Positions 33,206 through 43,436 of a stretch of 52,923 bases of DNA are shown piece by piece (within the stretch, counting starts at the first letter, position 1; each line of letters opens with the position of its first letter). Below the pieces are notes generated by a model. It was given only the letters and a program-made list of their open reading frames with translations. It had not been told where the DNA came from and did not search any database. The translations under genes were made by a program, and so were the position numbers. The DNA is from a virus (lineage: Duplodnaviria; Heunggongvirae; Uroviricota; Caudoviricetes), in IMG/VR virus record IMGVR_UViG_2877251553_000008; one strand, written 5' to 3'.

Positions 33206-33420
33206 TTACTCTCCCCGTACAGCCTTACGACGGTCCTCTCTGATTTTGAAATACAGGTTAGTCAGATATGTCAGCAGCCCAAACAGCAGACTCCCAGCAC
33301 GCCTATTGCCGCCCACTGAGACGGGGAAACCCTGTCCAGCAACTGCAGGAACCAGTAGCCCGTTCCCACCGCTGACGTGGTGTATGACACACCTGTTGTG
33401 ATTTTTTCCATCTGGTACAT
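33206..33420 (-). pseudogene. S: S21-like pinholin/antiholin with dual-start motif, frameshifted at 33293-33295
   Basis: [43 protein letters not shown] then frame change; remaining [28 protein letters not shown] readable in the adjacent frame; Met1 and Met4 give holin/antiholin starts. Confidence 0.8.
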
Positions 33421-33570
33421 ACCCCGTCTCCCGTTATCCGGAAGCTGACAACAATAAAAAAAGCCACCAGTTAAGTACTGATGGCTCTGATAACTCATGC
33501 AGGCATCTCAGACGACCCACTGACACTACCGGTGAGTTTAACGATACCTTCCATTTGACTGGCTCACTTT

Positions 33571-35465
33571 TTATGATGATGCCGGTGCATTTATCTCCAG
33601 CACCAGACTTTCTATCTCAACGCCATACGCTGCATTTTTGGTAATATCCGTCAGCGTCAGTGCATTTAGTCCCACTGCCAGACTGTCTTTTATGGCCTGG
33701 AATGCCGGGCCAGCCACTCCATTCAGTTTCGGAGTAACCGTGGCACTGCCGGCGGTGAACACCAGCTCCAGCGTCTGCCAGTCGTTACTGTAATTCCCGA
33801 ACTCGCCCAACTTTGTGTTTCCGGCTTTCTTGTGATGCATCAGATTCCGTTTGCCGTCTGTGGTCTGGGTGAAGAACGACATCAGGAACGGGTTACCAGT
33901 CCCGGTCATCGCCACGACGTCAGGTAACGCTACATCGGTATACAGATAAATTCCCAGACCGAACTGATTGTTGGTCAGTGCGCCTGACAGTCGAAACTTA
34001 CAGCTCAGTCTGCCACCCCGTGTCAGCAGGGAGACTGCGTCATCCACCGGGCGCGTCAGGGACCAGGCTTTATTGCTCTGCTTGGCGATCTTAAATACAC
34101 CACCCGACAACTGAATTCCGCCGTCCTTAATGGTCCAGCCCTGCGCAGCAGCCTCTCCGGCTGTCGGCAGCAGGGAGATTGTGCGAACGGACGTATCTGC
34201 AGACGGACCCGATGGCGTGTCGCCGCCGGGCGAGGGTTTGATTTCCGGTGCCTTACCACTGATGAAGGCTGAGGTGCGCCCGGCTGCGTTCAGAATAGCG
34301 GTTGCCATACGATCGGGAATAATGCCACGACGCGCCCATGAGCTGAAATTTGTCGGGCGATTTGATGATACCCAGTTTTTGTTCGTTCGGGATGCCGAAC
34401 CGTAATAACCAGACCCGACAATATCAGGATCTTCTGACGGGTTGTTTGTCGGTGTATTAACTCCGCTACCATCGGTCATAAAGGGAACAAAATAAATCTG
34501 CTGGGATTCTTTACCTTTATATGCACCATATACCACTTCATATTGCGTACCGTGTTCTTGTTTCCACGCGTATGTCGTGTCGCCACAAATCCAGGGGACT
34601 GTTGCCGGACTTCCACCGTGACACTGCGCCGCCAGCCCGGCAAGGTCAGCACGGAACTGCTGTACCATTGCAAGAAATGCTGCTGGCTGCTGGGCGTAAC
34701 TGGCATTCGTCATATCGAATTCCCCCTGCATCCAGCATATCGCCAGCAAAACGTTTTTCGGGTTTTTCTGCAATGCTGCCTTCGTGCGGAAAAGCAGATC
34801 CTGATATAACGGCTTACCCACTCCCCAGCGAGCCGAATCCTGACTGGCCCCCGTGGACTCGCTGAATGTCCCCTCCGTGCCCTGGGTGAATGCCGAACCA
34901 CCACGACAGCATGGTACCAGCAGGATCCCGCGTTATTAGGGATATACGGAAGCAGTTTTTTGGCAATATGTAAGCCCTGTCCGACACAGCCGTACTGCCC
35001 TTTGCTCAGGTCAGCCCGGGGATGGTTAATCGTACTCATATCCTGAACATCATGCAGACAATGGTCAGCAGGAATGATGTCGTTAAATACGCATACTTCA
35101 CCACCGGGAGTCACTGTGTTACGACGGGCCAGTTGCTTAATGCGCGGATGGGGCGCATCGTATGAATCCGGAAGCGGAAGCCCTTCACCGTAAGCCATGG
35201 CATTGGACTGCCCGGCCAGGGCAACAACAAATTAATACTCCGGGTTGCTGGTGGTGCTGATAACTGCGCCTTCTCCATCCGACGGCTTCACCACCACAGG
35301 TGTGGTGACATCACCTTCCGCCGCAATGGCCTGCATCAGGGTATAAGGCGTGATGGCCACCGGACTGCCAAATGGCTGCCACCCCTCCTTCAGTTTTTGT
35401 GTCAGTCGCTCCGCAAGGTCTGACGGCGACGCCGCCCTGACCACGTCATAGTGTTTAAATGCCAT
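33571..35465 (-). pseudogene. nanS-p: NanS-p-type sialate O-acetylesterase (DUF1737 plus SGNH esterase), two frameshifts
   Basis: Pieces MAFKHYDVVRAASPSDLAERLTQKLKEGWQPFGSPVAITPYTLMQAIAAEGD.. / ..NAMAYGEGLPLPDSYDAPHPRIKQLARRNT.. / ..MGKPLYQDLLFRTKAALQKNPKNVLLAICWMQGEFD...; typical position between stx/tRNAs and S in Stx phages. Confidence 0.75.
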
Positions 35466-35658
35466 AAATCCTCCCGGCCTGGATAATATTGTGAGTAAAA
35501 TGAGGAGCGGGCTGAAGTCCGGAAGTTACAGGACAATGGCAGAAGATAGACAACAGCCCGCAATATGAAAAAGGCCGCGCTATTGCGCAGAGTGATTACT
35601 GTCGGATATTATTCACCAGCTGAAATATTACTTCACGTTTTGTTGTTTATTCCTTGCC

Positions 35659-35687
35659 GCCCGCGTCTCCCAGCGCGGGCTTTTTTT
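35659..35687 (+). terminator. intrinsic terminator (plus strand)
   Basis: GCCCGCG-tctcccag-CGCGGGC followed by TTTTTTT. Confidence 0.6.
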
Positions 35688-35689
35688 GT

Positions 35690-35717
35690 CCATAAGAAAG
35701 CCCCTCCGGAGAGGGGC
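35690..35717 (-). terminator. intrinsic terminator (minus strand), downstream of the tRNA cluster
   Basis: Minus-strand hairpin GCCCCTC-tccg-GAGGGGC followed by TTTCTTAT. Confidence 0.5.
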
Positions 35718-35965
35718 TGGAGAGTGGCGCTATGTGCCATTGCATGGTGCCGGGTGCCTCCCGGTGAGTTCAGTATCAGCACCTGAACCCGCACAGAAAG
35801 GATAAGGGTCGGTGACAAAACACCAGTTGCTGATTGCCCTCCGCACAGGGGATTCACCATGCCAGTTTCTTTTAACAAACTCCCCGCAAACCAGACAACA
35901 GTCAACCGCCTGAATTGTGAGACATTTAAAAAAAGCCCGCAAAAGCGAGCCAGGGAAAATAAGTG

Positions 35966-36042
35966 TGGCGCGTTCTACTGTATTCGAACCAGTGACCGAT
36001 TGCTTAGAAGGCAATTGCTCTGTCCGGCTGAGCTAACAACGC
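35966..36042 (-). tRNA. argN: tRNA-Arg (anticodon UCU)
   Basis: Hand-folded cloverleaf: acceptor GCGTTGT, D-arm GCTC..GAGC, anticodon arm ATTGC-CTTCTAA-GCAAT, T-loop TTCGAAT, encoded CCA; one T-stem mismatch. Confidence 0.6.
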
Positions 36043-36058
36043 AGGATACAGATAATGA

Positions 36059-36132
36059 ACCGCCTTCGGGGACCCGAACTCCGCGCAACCAGCTTCGAAG
36101 GCTGGCGCTCTTTCCTGATGAGCTAATGGCGG
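36059..36132 (-). tRNA. tRNA-Arg-like (anticodon UCG by hand fold), possibly degenerate
   Basis: Acceptor CCGCCAT/AAGGCGG, D-arm GCTC..GAGC, anticodon arm CCAGC-CTTCGAA-GCTGG, T-loop TTCGGGT (G at position 58 is unusual), no encoded CCA. Confidence 0.4.
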
Positions 36133-36139
36133 TATGTGA

Positions 36140-36215
36140 TGGTGGCCCTTGCTGGATTTGAACCAGCGACCTGGCGATTATGAGTCGCTCGCTCTCACCA
36201 CTGAGCTAAAGGGCC
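36140..36215 (-). tRNA. ileZ: tRNA with CAU anticodon (Ile2 ileZ-type or Met)
   Basis: Perfect 7-bp acceptor stem GGCCCTT/AAGGGCC, D-arm, anticodon loop CTCATAA, T-arm GCTGG-TTCAAAT-CCAGC, encoded CCA. Confidence 0.75.
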
Positions 36216-36264
36216 GGGAGCAGAATAATAATGGTGCGTAATTAATTCTGCAATCTCATCCGTT

Positions 36265-37314
36265 TCAAACGATTAAATCCTGAACTTCCCTGACTGTCTG
36301 CTCAAAACGTCCGGTCTCCAGTTCAACGCCAATCGCACGACGCCCGAGCGCCAGTGCCGCTTTTACCGTTGAACCTGAGCCCATAAAAAAATCTGCAACC
36401 TGGTCTCCCGGACGACTGCTCGCGTTGATTATCTGCTGCAACATTTCTGCCGTTTTTTCGCACGGATGTTTCCCTGGATAGTACTGCACCGGTTTATACG
36501 TCCACACATCGGTGTACGGCACCTGCACCGTCACACCGAAATACCTCCGCAAATTTTTATATTCACTCTGCAGCTCCACATACTGCCGGCTCAGCTCACT
36601 GTATGTGCTGACCAGTTGGTAATGGGACTTTTCCAGTTCTCCCCGCTGATGTTTCTCTTCTGCCACCCGGGCAAACAGCGACTGTAATTTCAGATAATCG
36701 CTTTCGTTCGGTAGCTGCCACTGACTGGCACTGAACCAGTGCGACACCATGTTTTTCTTTCCTGTGGCATCTGCAATCTGTTTTGCCGTTATCCCCAGGG
36801 CAGCTCGCGCATCACGAAAGTAAGCAATCAGCGGGGCCATCACATGCTGTTTCAGTACCCTGCCCTTCGCCTCATAGCCATCATCTTTCGGGCGGTACGG
36901 CCCCTGATAATGTTCCGCGAACAGAATGCGCTCTGTGGCGGGGAAATACGCCCGCAGGCTTTCCTTGTTGCACCCGTTCCAGCGTCCGGACGGCTTTGCC
37001 CAGATAATATGGTTCAGCACACTGAAGCGTTCACGCATCATGATTTCGATATCAGATGCCAGGCGATGACCACAGAACAGGTAAAGACTTCCGGCAGGTT
37101 TCAGCACCCGCCAGAACTGCGCCAGACACTGGTCCAGCCACTTCAGGTAATCATCGTCGCCCTTCCACTGGTTATCCCAGCCCTCAGGCTTCACTTTAAA
37201 GTACGGCGGGTCCGTGACTATCAGGTCAACAGAATTTTCGGGTAACGACCGGATAAATTCCAGGCAGTCGGCGTTGATTAACTCACAACTGGATATTTTT
37301 ACAGTATTAGCCAT
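36265..37314 (-). CDS. DNA N6-adenine methyltransferase (DPPY motif)
   Basis: 349-aa ORF with DLIVTDPPYF catalytic motif and C-terminal SAM-binding FFMGSGSTVKAA. Confidence 0.85.
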   Translation of the reverse strand: MANTVKISSCELINADCLEFIRSLPENSVDLIVTDPPYFKVKPEGWDNQWKGDDDYLKWLDQCLAQFWRVLKPAGSLYLFCGHRLASDIEIMMRERFSVLNHIIWAKPSGRWNGCNKESLRAYFPATERILFAEHYQGPYRPKDDGYEAKGRVLKQHVMAPLIAYFRDARAALGITAKQIADATGKKNMVSHWFSASQWQLPNESDYLKLQSLFARVAEEKHQRGELEKSHYQLVSTYSELSRQYVELQSEYKNLRRYFGVTVQVPYTDVWTYKPVQYYPGKHPCEKTAEMLQQIINASSRPGDQVADFFMGSGSTVKAALALGRRAIGVELETGRFEQTVREVQDLIV

Positions 37315-37453
37315 AGATCAATAAGCACTTCTCTGATAGGCTCATACCGCTTTTGCGCAAAGCAGATGGGCCTGAGGTTTGCTTGTGACCCCAACGCATG
37401 AGCAGATGGCTGGTGGGTGCCCCTAACACCCACCAGCCGCCCATTTACCACAA

Positions 37454-37480
37454 ATAAAAAAGCCTTCACTGCGGAAGGCG
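37454..37480 (-). terminator. intrinsic terminator upstream of the methylase gene
   Basis: Minus-strand hairpin GCCTTC-cgcagt-GAAGGC followed by TTTTTTATTTG. Confidence 0.5.
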
Positions 37481-37536
37481 TCTGTAACAACCGAACTGAT
37501 AGTCTGCCAGACCCGCCATAACCAGCTGGGTCAGTA

Positions 37537-37662
37537 TTAACTGGCAGCGTTCGCGTGAAAGGTAAGTATTCTGCGCAATCTCCCGACTGTCGCCGGTTCG
37601 GTGACGCTTAATTCATTAAACACCACTCTGGCGGTTTCTGTCATATCCTGCTGTTTCAGCAT
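37537..37662 (-). CDS. hypothetical small protein (41 aa from internal ATG)
   Basis: MLKQQDMTETARVVFNELSVTEPATVGRLRRILTFHANAAS preceded by a purine-rich RBS; no homologue recalled. Confidence 0.25.
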   Translation of the reverse strand: MLKQQDMTETARVVFNELSVTEPATVGRLRRILTFHANAAS

Positions 37663-38195
37663 GTCTTTTTCCCTTTTCCGGTTAACGTGACACACCAATA
37701 ACTCTTGTCGAAAAAGCCAGCAAGCTGAAAGACAGGTATTCACCGCCACCAGCGCGTTTACTGTACTGACGCGATTTCAGTCATAAAAAACCCGCCAGGC
37801 GGCAGGTTTAAGCTGTATGACGGAGTGACCAATCTTAACAGATTAAGATGGTTTTTGTTATAACACAAATCATTTCCTCGGTATCTTTATATCCCTTATG
37901 TTTCAATCGCCATAGATACCATCAATGAAAGTCGCTTAAAAAACTCTGTAGCAGCTTTGTCTAACGTTGAATAAGTTCTTAGCTCTCCACGCCCGGGACC
38001 AGTCACAACCCACGGACGTCTTTTAGGTGTTCTGGCTCCCTCCGAAATCACAACACCTGATAGACTGACATCAATTGTTATCTCCGTTCTTGTTTCATCC
38101 TCATTAGACTGGCCCCCTGAATCTCCAGACAACCAGTATCACTTAAATAAGTGATAGTCTTAATACTAGTTTTTAGACTAGTCATTGGAGTACAG

Positions 38196-38561
38196 ATGAT
38201 TGATGTCTTAGGGCCGGAGAAACGCAGACGGCGTACCACACAGGAAAAGATCGCAATTGTTCAGCAGAGCTTTGAACCGGGGATGACGGTCTCCCTCGTT
38301 GCCCGGCAACATGGTGTAGCAGCCAGCCAGTTATTTCTCTGGCGTAAGCAATACCAGGAAGGAAGTCTTACTGCTGTGGCCGCCGGAGAACAGGTTGTTC
38401 CTGCCTCTGAACTTGCTGCCGCCATGAAGCAGATTAAAGAACTCCAGCGCCTGCTCGGCAAGAAAACGATGGAAAATGAACTCCTCAAAGAAGCCGTTGA
38501 ATATGGACGGGCAAAAAAGTGGATAGCGCACGCGCCCTTATTGCCCGGGGATGGGGAGTAA
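38196..38561 (+). CDS. insC: IS2 InsC (orfA)
   Basis: [56 protein letters not shown]... Confidence 0.95.
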
Positions 38562-39424
38562 GCTTAGTCAGCCGTTGTCTCCGGGTGTCGCGTGCGCAGT
38601 TGCACGTCATTCTCAGACGAACCGATGACTGGATGGATGGCCGCCGCAGTCGTCACACTGATGATACGGATGTGCTTCTCCGTATACACCATGTTATCGG
38701 AGAGCTGCCCACGTATGGTTATCGTCGGGTATGGGCGCTGCTTCGCAGACAGGCAGAACTTGATGGTATGCCTGCGATCAATGCCAAACGTGTTTACCGG
38801 ATCATGCGCCAGAATGCGCTGTTGCTTGAGCGAAAACCTGCTGTACCACCATCGAAACGGGCACATACAGGCAGAGTGGCCGTGAAAGAAAGCAATCAGC
38901 GATGGTGCTCTGACGGGTTCGAGTTCTGCTGTGATAACGGAGAGAGACTGCGTGTCACGTTCGCGCTGGACTGCTGTGATCGTGAGGCACTGCACTGGGC
39001 GGTGACTACCGGCGGCTTCAACAGTGAAACAGTACAGGACGTCATGCTGGGAGCGGTGGAACGCCGCTTCGGCAACGATCTTCCGTCGTCTCCAGTGGAG
39101 TGGCTGACGGATAATGGTTCATGCTACCGGGCTAATGAAACACGCCAGTTCGCCCGGATGTTGGGACTTGAACCGAAGAACACGGCGGTGCGGAGTCCGG
39201 AGAGTAACGGAATAGCAGAGAGCTTCGTGAAAACGATAAAGCGTGACTACATCAGTATCATGCCCAAACCAGACGGGTTAACGGCAGCAAAGAACCTTGC
39301 AGAGGCGTTCGAGCATTATAACGAATGGCATCCGCATAGTGCGCTGGGTTATCGCTCGCCACGGGAATATCTGCGGCAGCGGGCTTGTAATGGGTTAAGT
39401 GATAACAGATGTCTGGAAATATAG
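38519..39424 (+). CDS. insD: IS2 InsD (orfB transposase)
   Basis: 301-aa [33 protein letters not shown]...[23 protein letters not shown]... Confidence 0.95.
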
Positions 39425-39447
39425 GGGCAAATCCAGTAACTGTTCAT

Positions 39448-39839
39448 TTATCTTGAATCATTTTCGTGATTCATATAGCAATCCATTTCTAAAGATACCT
39501 CGAGCATTGCCAGACACCCTTCAACAAACCCTTCAGCTTTCTGCAATCTAATAACAACTTGATTAAGCGATATCCCCATTTTCGCCCCTAACGCTCGTAA
39601 TGTGATCCCATATACATAATACATTTCCAGTAATTGGTATTGATATGGTTCCTTTTTCTTGAGAACTGCCATAACTGAACTAATGATAAGACCATCATCA
39701 TCGCAACATTGCGGTCGATATTTTACTTTTGAGGGATGAGGCCTTTAAACCCCGCAGCAATTGGCGACCAACTAACATTCTCATGATTATTTGCCGCCCA
39801 TGCTCCCCAGCGTTCGAGAACCATCTGAATATCACGCAT
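39448..39839 (-). pseudogene. Q: late-gene antiterminator Q (Q82/QuuD family), frameshifted at 39733-39735
   Basis: ATG at 39839 with GGAGAAAG RBS encodes [35 protein letters not shown], then frame change, then ..[17 protein letters not shown]...LQKAEGFVEGCLAMLEVSLEMD; matches the recalled DLP12 QuuD layout. Confidence 0.65.
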
Positions 39840-39856
39840 CAACTTTCTCCACAAAA

Positions 39857-40876
39857 TCAGGACAGCACACCTATCGCCAGCGCGCGATCGATAAAACGAA
39901 ATATCAGCTCCAGTTGGGAACCATACTTCTCTTCAAATGCCACGGTATCCGCATGCAGTCCGTCATGGTGTTTTCTGCACAAAGGCAACACAAAAAGGTC
40001 ATGCGCTTTTGTACCCATTCCACCCTGACCATGACCAATCAGGTGATGAGGATCGTCGGCTGGCTTACCACAACATGCACACGGCTGCGTCTTAACCCAG
40101 CGCGTGTACTTTTCATTAACCCAGCGACGACGTTTGGGGCGTAACATAAAAGACTCCGGCGACTCCGGATCCACTTTCAGCGCCAGCACCTTTTTCGCCT
40201 TATCCCGGATGATGCTGGTGGCAGGAACCGAAGGCACAAGGTCACTTTCCCGGGTGACAGACGGCACAACAGGCTTCGGTAATCTCAGTGCCTTACGGGC
40301 TGCACTTTCCGGTAAGGCATCCGCCAGGTCATTACGAACCAGCCACCAGCACAGTTCCGGCATTGTCACAACGTGGCTGTCATCAAAACCGAGATCACGA
40401 CGGACTACGGACAACACCCAGCGGGCACAGTTATCCGTTGCCATTGATTCCAGACGTTCCGTGAACTGATCGCGAAGCAGGTTATCGCAGTGCCAGCACA
40501 GACGGATTGCGCCCGGCGCGTGTCGCATTGTGGTCATGTTCTCGCTGTGCCATCCGGAATGAGGCCACTGGCAGCCTTTTTCACGAAGTAACCAGCTCTC
40601 AAGGCATTCCACGCCACCAGCACGACGGATCACCGCCTCATGGCGGAACACGGCCCGAACGGCAGGATCATCCGCCAGCGGTTGTGATGCTGCCGGAACG
40701 GCACCACTGGCAAAAGATGAATAACGTTCCGGCTCAGGCTCCAGCAGGACACGCCCCTGCATAAACAGGGGCATCAGCTCTGAACCGGGTCTGAACAAGA
40801 CGATCCCCATACGCGGGGCAATTTCAGGGGTCAGCAGTGCTCTCACGGTCACCTCAGCAAACGATATTGAATGCAT
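39857..40876 (-). CDS. DUF968-type protein (YdfU-like), HNH-like Cys/His C-terminus
   Basis: 339-aa ORF with C-terminal ..[45 protein letters not shown]..; sits next to Q as ydfU does in Qin. Confidence 0.55.
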   Translation of the reverse strand: MHSISFAEVTVRALLTPEIAPRMGIVLFRPGSELMPLFMQGRVLLEPEPERYSSFASGAVPAASQPLADDPAVRAVFRHEAVIRRAGGVECLESWLLREKGCQWPHSGWHSENMTTMRHAPGAIRLCWHCDNLLRDQFTERLESMATDNCARWVLSVVRRDLGFDDSHVVTMPELCWWLVRNDLADALPESAARKALRLPKPVVPSVTRESDLVPSVPATSIIRDKAKKVLALKVDPESPESFMLRPKRRRWVNEKYTRWVKTQPCACCGKPADDPHHLIGHGQGGMGTKAHDLFVLPLCRKHHDGLHADTVAFEEKYGSQLELIFRFIDRALAIGVLS

Positions 40877-40897
40877 ACAGAGAAAAAAACTCAGTCA

Positions 40898-41155
40898 TCA
40901 CGCAGTAAACTCCTTCACCAGCGTTTCAAACTGGCTTACCTGTCCTTCCAGTTCCGCCACGCAATCCACCAGCTCATCCACCGCCTTTTGTGTGCGGTGT
41001 TTTGCCTGCAGCAGATCACGAAGCGCCGGAGTAAGCTGCTTGCGGAGCGTATCTTTTTTCACGCTCGTTTTTTCCATCTGTTCAGCACAACGAAGCATCT
41101 CCTGCGCCTGCCGACGAAGTTGTTCCGGTGAAACAGTGATTGTTCTGTTGTTCAA
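40898..41155 (-). CDS. hypothetical protein (85 aa)
   Basis: ORF between helicase and the DUF968 gene; predicted helical/coiled-coil; start overlaps the helicase stop. Confidence 0.4.
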   Translation of the reverse strand: MNNRTITVSPEQLRRQAQEMLRCAEQMEKTSVKKDTLRKQLTPALRDLLQAKHRTQKAVDELVDCVAELEGQVSQFETLVKEFTA

Positions 41156-42551
41156 AATAAACGCTCCGTTTTACTGCCCGACATGCGGTTATTGCTGTAT
41201 CTGCGCGGATTGCCCGGCGTCATGGGTGTGGAAAGAACCCGGGCACTCTCCTGGTCCACAGGCAGAAAATGTCCGTTATGAAAACGCCGGTAAATGGTCC
41301 CGAGTGTGCCATTACGCTGTTTCGTGATGTTGATTTCTGCTATGCCTCTGGCCTGTGTATCCGGGTTATACACCTCATCCCTGTAAAGCATCAGAATGAT
41401 GTCGGCATCAGCCTCTATTTCCCCGGAGTTTTTCAGGTCTGAGTTCATGGGACGTTTATTGGGTCTGGATTCCACGCCTCGGGAGAGCTGGCTCAGAGCA
41501 ATCAGCGGGAAACCGCCGGATTTTGCCAGGCTTTTAAGTCCCTTTGAGATTTCCCCCACAGCAAGGTCGTGACGCCCCGTGCTGCGGGTTTTAATCAGAC
41601 CGAGGTAATCGACCACCACCAGCGCCGTTTCCGGATGCTTCATCCGGTGGTACCTCGTGGTTGCACATATCTCATCAATTGTTAGATTTGCCTGGTCCAC
41701 CATCCAGATATTACGCCCCGTCATTCGTCCCACGCCCTGCGAGAAACGAGCCCAGTCTTCATCTTCAAAACGGGCAACAGACTTAAGACGGGATACCGGC
41801 ATTCCACCGGCAGTAGACACCATACGTTCACCAATCTGGATGTTCGCCATCTCCATGGTGAACAGAAGCACGCCATGCCCCTGCTCAGTCACCTTGTCGA
41901 TGATGTCCAGCGCCAGTTCGGTTTTCCCCATCGAAGGACGAGCCGCAATGAATACCAGGTCGCCTGGCTCCATCCCCCTGTTTTTGCGTCCAGTTCATTA
42001 ATACCAGTCATCAGTGTTCTGGATTTCTCCAGTCCCTGATTCCGGCATTCAACACGGCCCACCACTTCCGGAAGGACATCATCAATGTGAACCGGCTGAA
42101 TGACGCCCTTTCCGGTCGACAGTGAGGCCATCATGTTCTGCGCATCCTTCAGGGCATCCTCGGCTGCTTCACAGGTATACGCATCACGTAAATTCTGTAA
42201 TGCTTCAGTCAGTGTTTTTTCTGCATCACGCAGTGCGGCATTGCGCCGCAACGCTGCGACATAGTGCTCCAGTGAAGACTTCACCCAGGTTTTGCGTCCG
42301 GTGTCGGTAATCACCGGGGCAAGTTCCGGCATCTCATTGCACAGCAGTACGGGGTCAATGACGCCGGATATGCGAGCCTGTCTGCAAATCCCCGCGTAAA
42401 TATCCCGGTACTGACGCACAAAAAATACATCCGCCGGAAGTGTGGCCAGAATATCCATCACTTCCGGATCGGCCCCACGCAGAAAAAACGCACCGATGAC
42501 AGCGCCTTCCAGGTCATCGTTACGCCATGCCGGGGTGTTCTGGCTGGTCAT
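41152..42551 (-). pseudogene. replicative DNA helicase (DnaB family), frameshifted near 41975
   Basis: 220-aa N-terminal piece and 273-aa piece with Walker A (IAARPSMGKTELAL) and RecA-like DnaB C-terminal motifs. Confidence 0.8.
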
Positions 42552-43435
42552 GCGGCAACACCTCCGATACGAGAAAGGTAGCTGGGCCAGTTAAACGACA
42601 ACCAGTTGCGCCCGCCATCGGTGATCCTGTCGGCAATCCGGGGACTGATGAACGCCCACAATTCTTCCGGTGAAAGGTTGCTGATCAGGATAGTTGGCAA
42701 AATACCCTCATACCGGGCATTGATAATTTCCTGCAAAATGGCCATTTCAGCCGCACTGCCAAACTGAACGCCGACTTCGTCGACAATCAGCAAATCCAGT
42801 GACGCATAATGCTCAATGACGTCATCCGCTGTTTTTTCACTGTCATTCCGCCAGCAGTTTTTCACAGCCCGGGTAAGGCGCATCACGTCGGTGATCTCCA
42901 CACTGGCCAGATAGTTACGGATGATGTGTTTTGCCATTGATACCGCCAGATGATTTTTCCCGGTACCGCAACTGCCGGTCATAACAAGACTGGTACCGTT
43001 CTCCAGCATATCTGGCCAGTTCTCCGCATAGCGGCGACAGGCCGCAAGATTTCTGGCTGCGTCAGGATTAACCTCCAGATAATTATCAAACTCGCAGTCC
43101 CGAAAACGCAGAGCAATTCCGGCGTTATCAGTCAGTTCTTCCGCCTTAAGGGACGACAGTTCCATGGTCAAATCACTGGCCTCAGCGATCAAGCAGTCAG
43201 GGCAGCATGAAATTTTTTCTCTGTCCTCGCCATTACGATCGATCCACACCAGTATATGCGTACGATATTTACCGTGTTTTTCGCAATATCCGCGACCTTC
43301 ACGCATCAGGCAGGAACGATAAGGCCATGGCTTTTCGCCCTTCTGAGCAAATGCAATCTCTGCCCGTAACTCATCCATTCGCGCCTGTAGTCTTGTTTGT
43401 TTCTCACGTTGGTCAATCGTCATCATCGCTGTCAC
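42548..43435 (-). CDS. DnaC/IstB-like replication ATPase (helicase loader)
   Basis: 295-aa ORF with Walker A (MTGSCGTGKNHLAVSMA) and Walker B (LLIVDEVG). Confidence 0.8.
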   Translation of the reverse strand: MTAMMTIDQREKQTRLQARMDELRAEIAFAQKGEKPWPYRSCLMREGRGYCEKHGKYRTHILVWIDRNGEDREKISCCPDCLIAEASDLTMELSSLKAEELTDNAGIALRFRDCEFDNYLEVNPDAARNLAACRRYAENWPDMLENGTSLVMTGSCGTGKNHLAVSMAKHIIRNYLASVEITDVMRLTRAVKNCWRNDSEKTADDVIEHYASLDLLIVDEVGVQFGSAAEMAILQEIINARYEGILPTILISNLSPEELWAFISPRIADRITDGGRNWLSFNWPSYLSRIGGVAA

Positions 43436-43436
43436 C

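Larger units (their letters stand above)
38105..39435 (+). mobile_element. IS2 (1331 bp), no target duplication
   Basis: Ends TAGACTGGCCCCCTGAATCTCCAGACAACCA ... GGGGCAAATCCA; flanking 5-mers differ (CTCAT vs GTAAC). Confidence 0.95.

Noticed and set aside
35466-35964. Searched for stxA/stxB between the tRNA cluster and nanS-p
   Set aside because: Only ~500 bp with two terminators are present, with no ORF of adequate size; the small ORF at 35565..35786 runs through a terminator.
37896-38132. 78-aa minus-strand ORF next to IS2
   Set aside because: Its first codons come from the IS2 terminal repeat and the rest has no recognisable similarity; it may be a gene remnant or the disrupted late leader, so it is not called.
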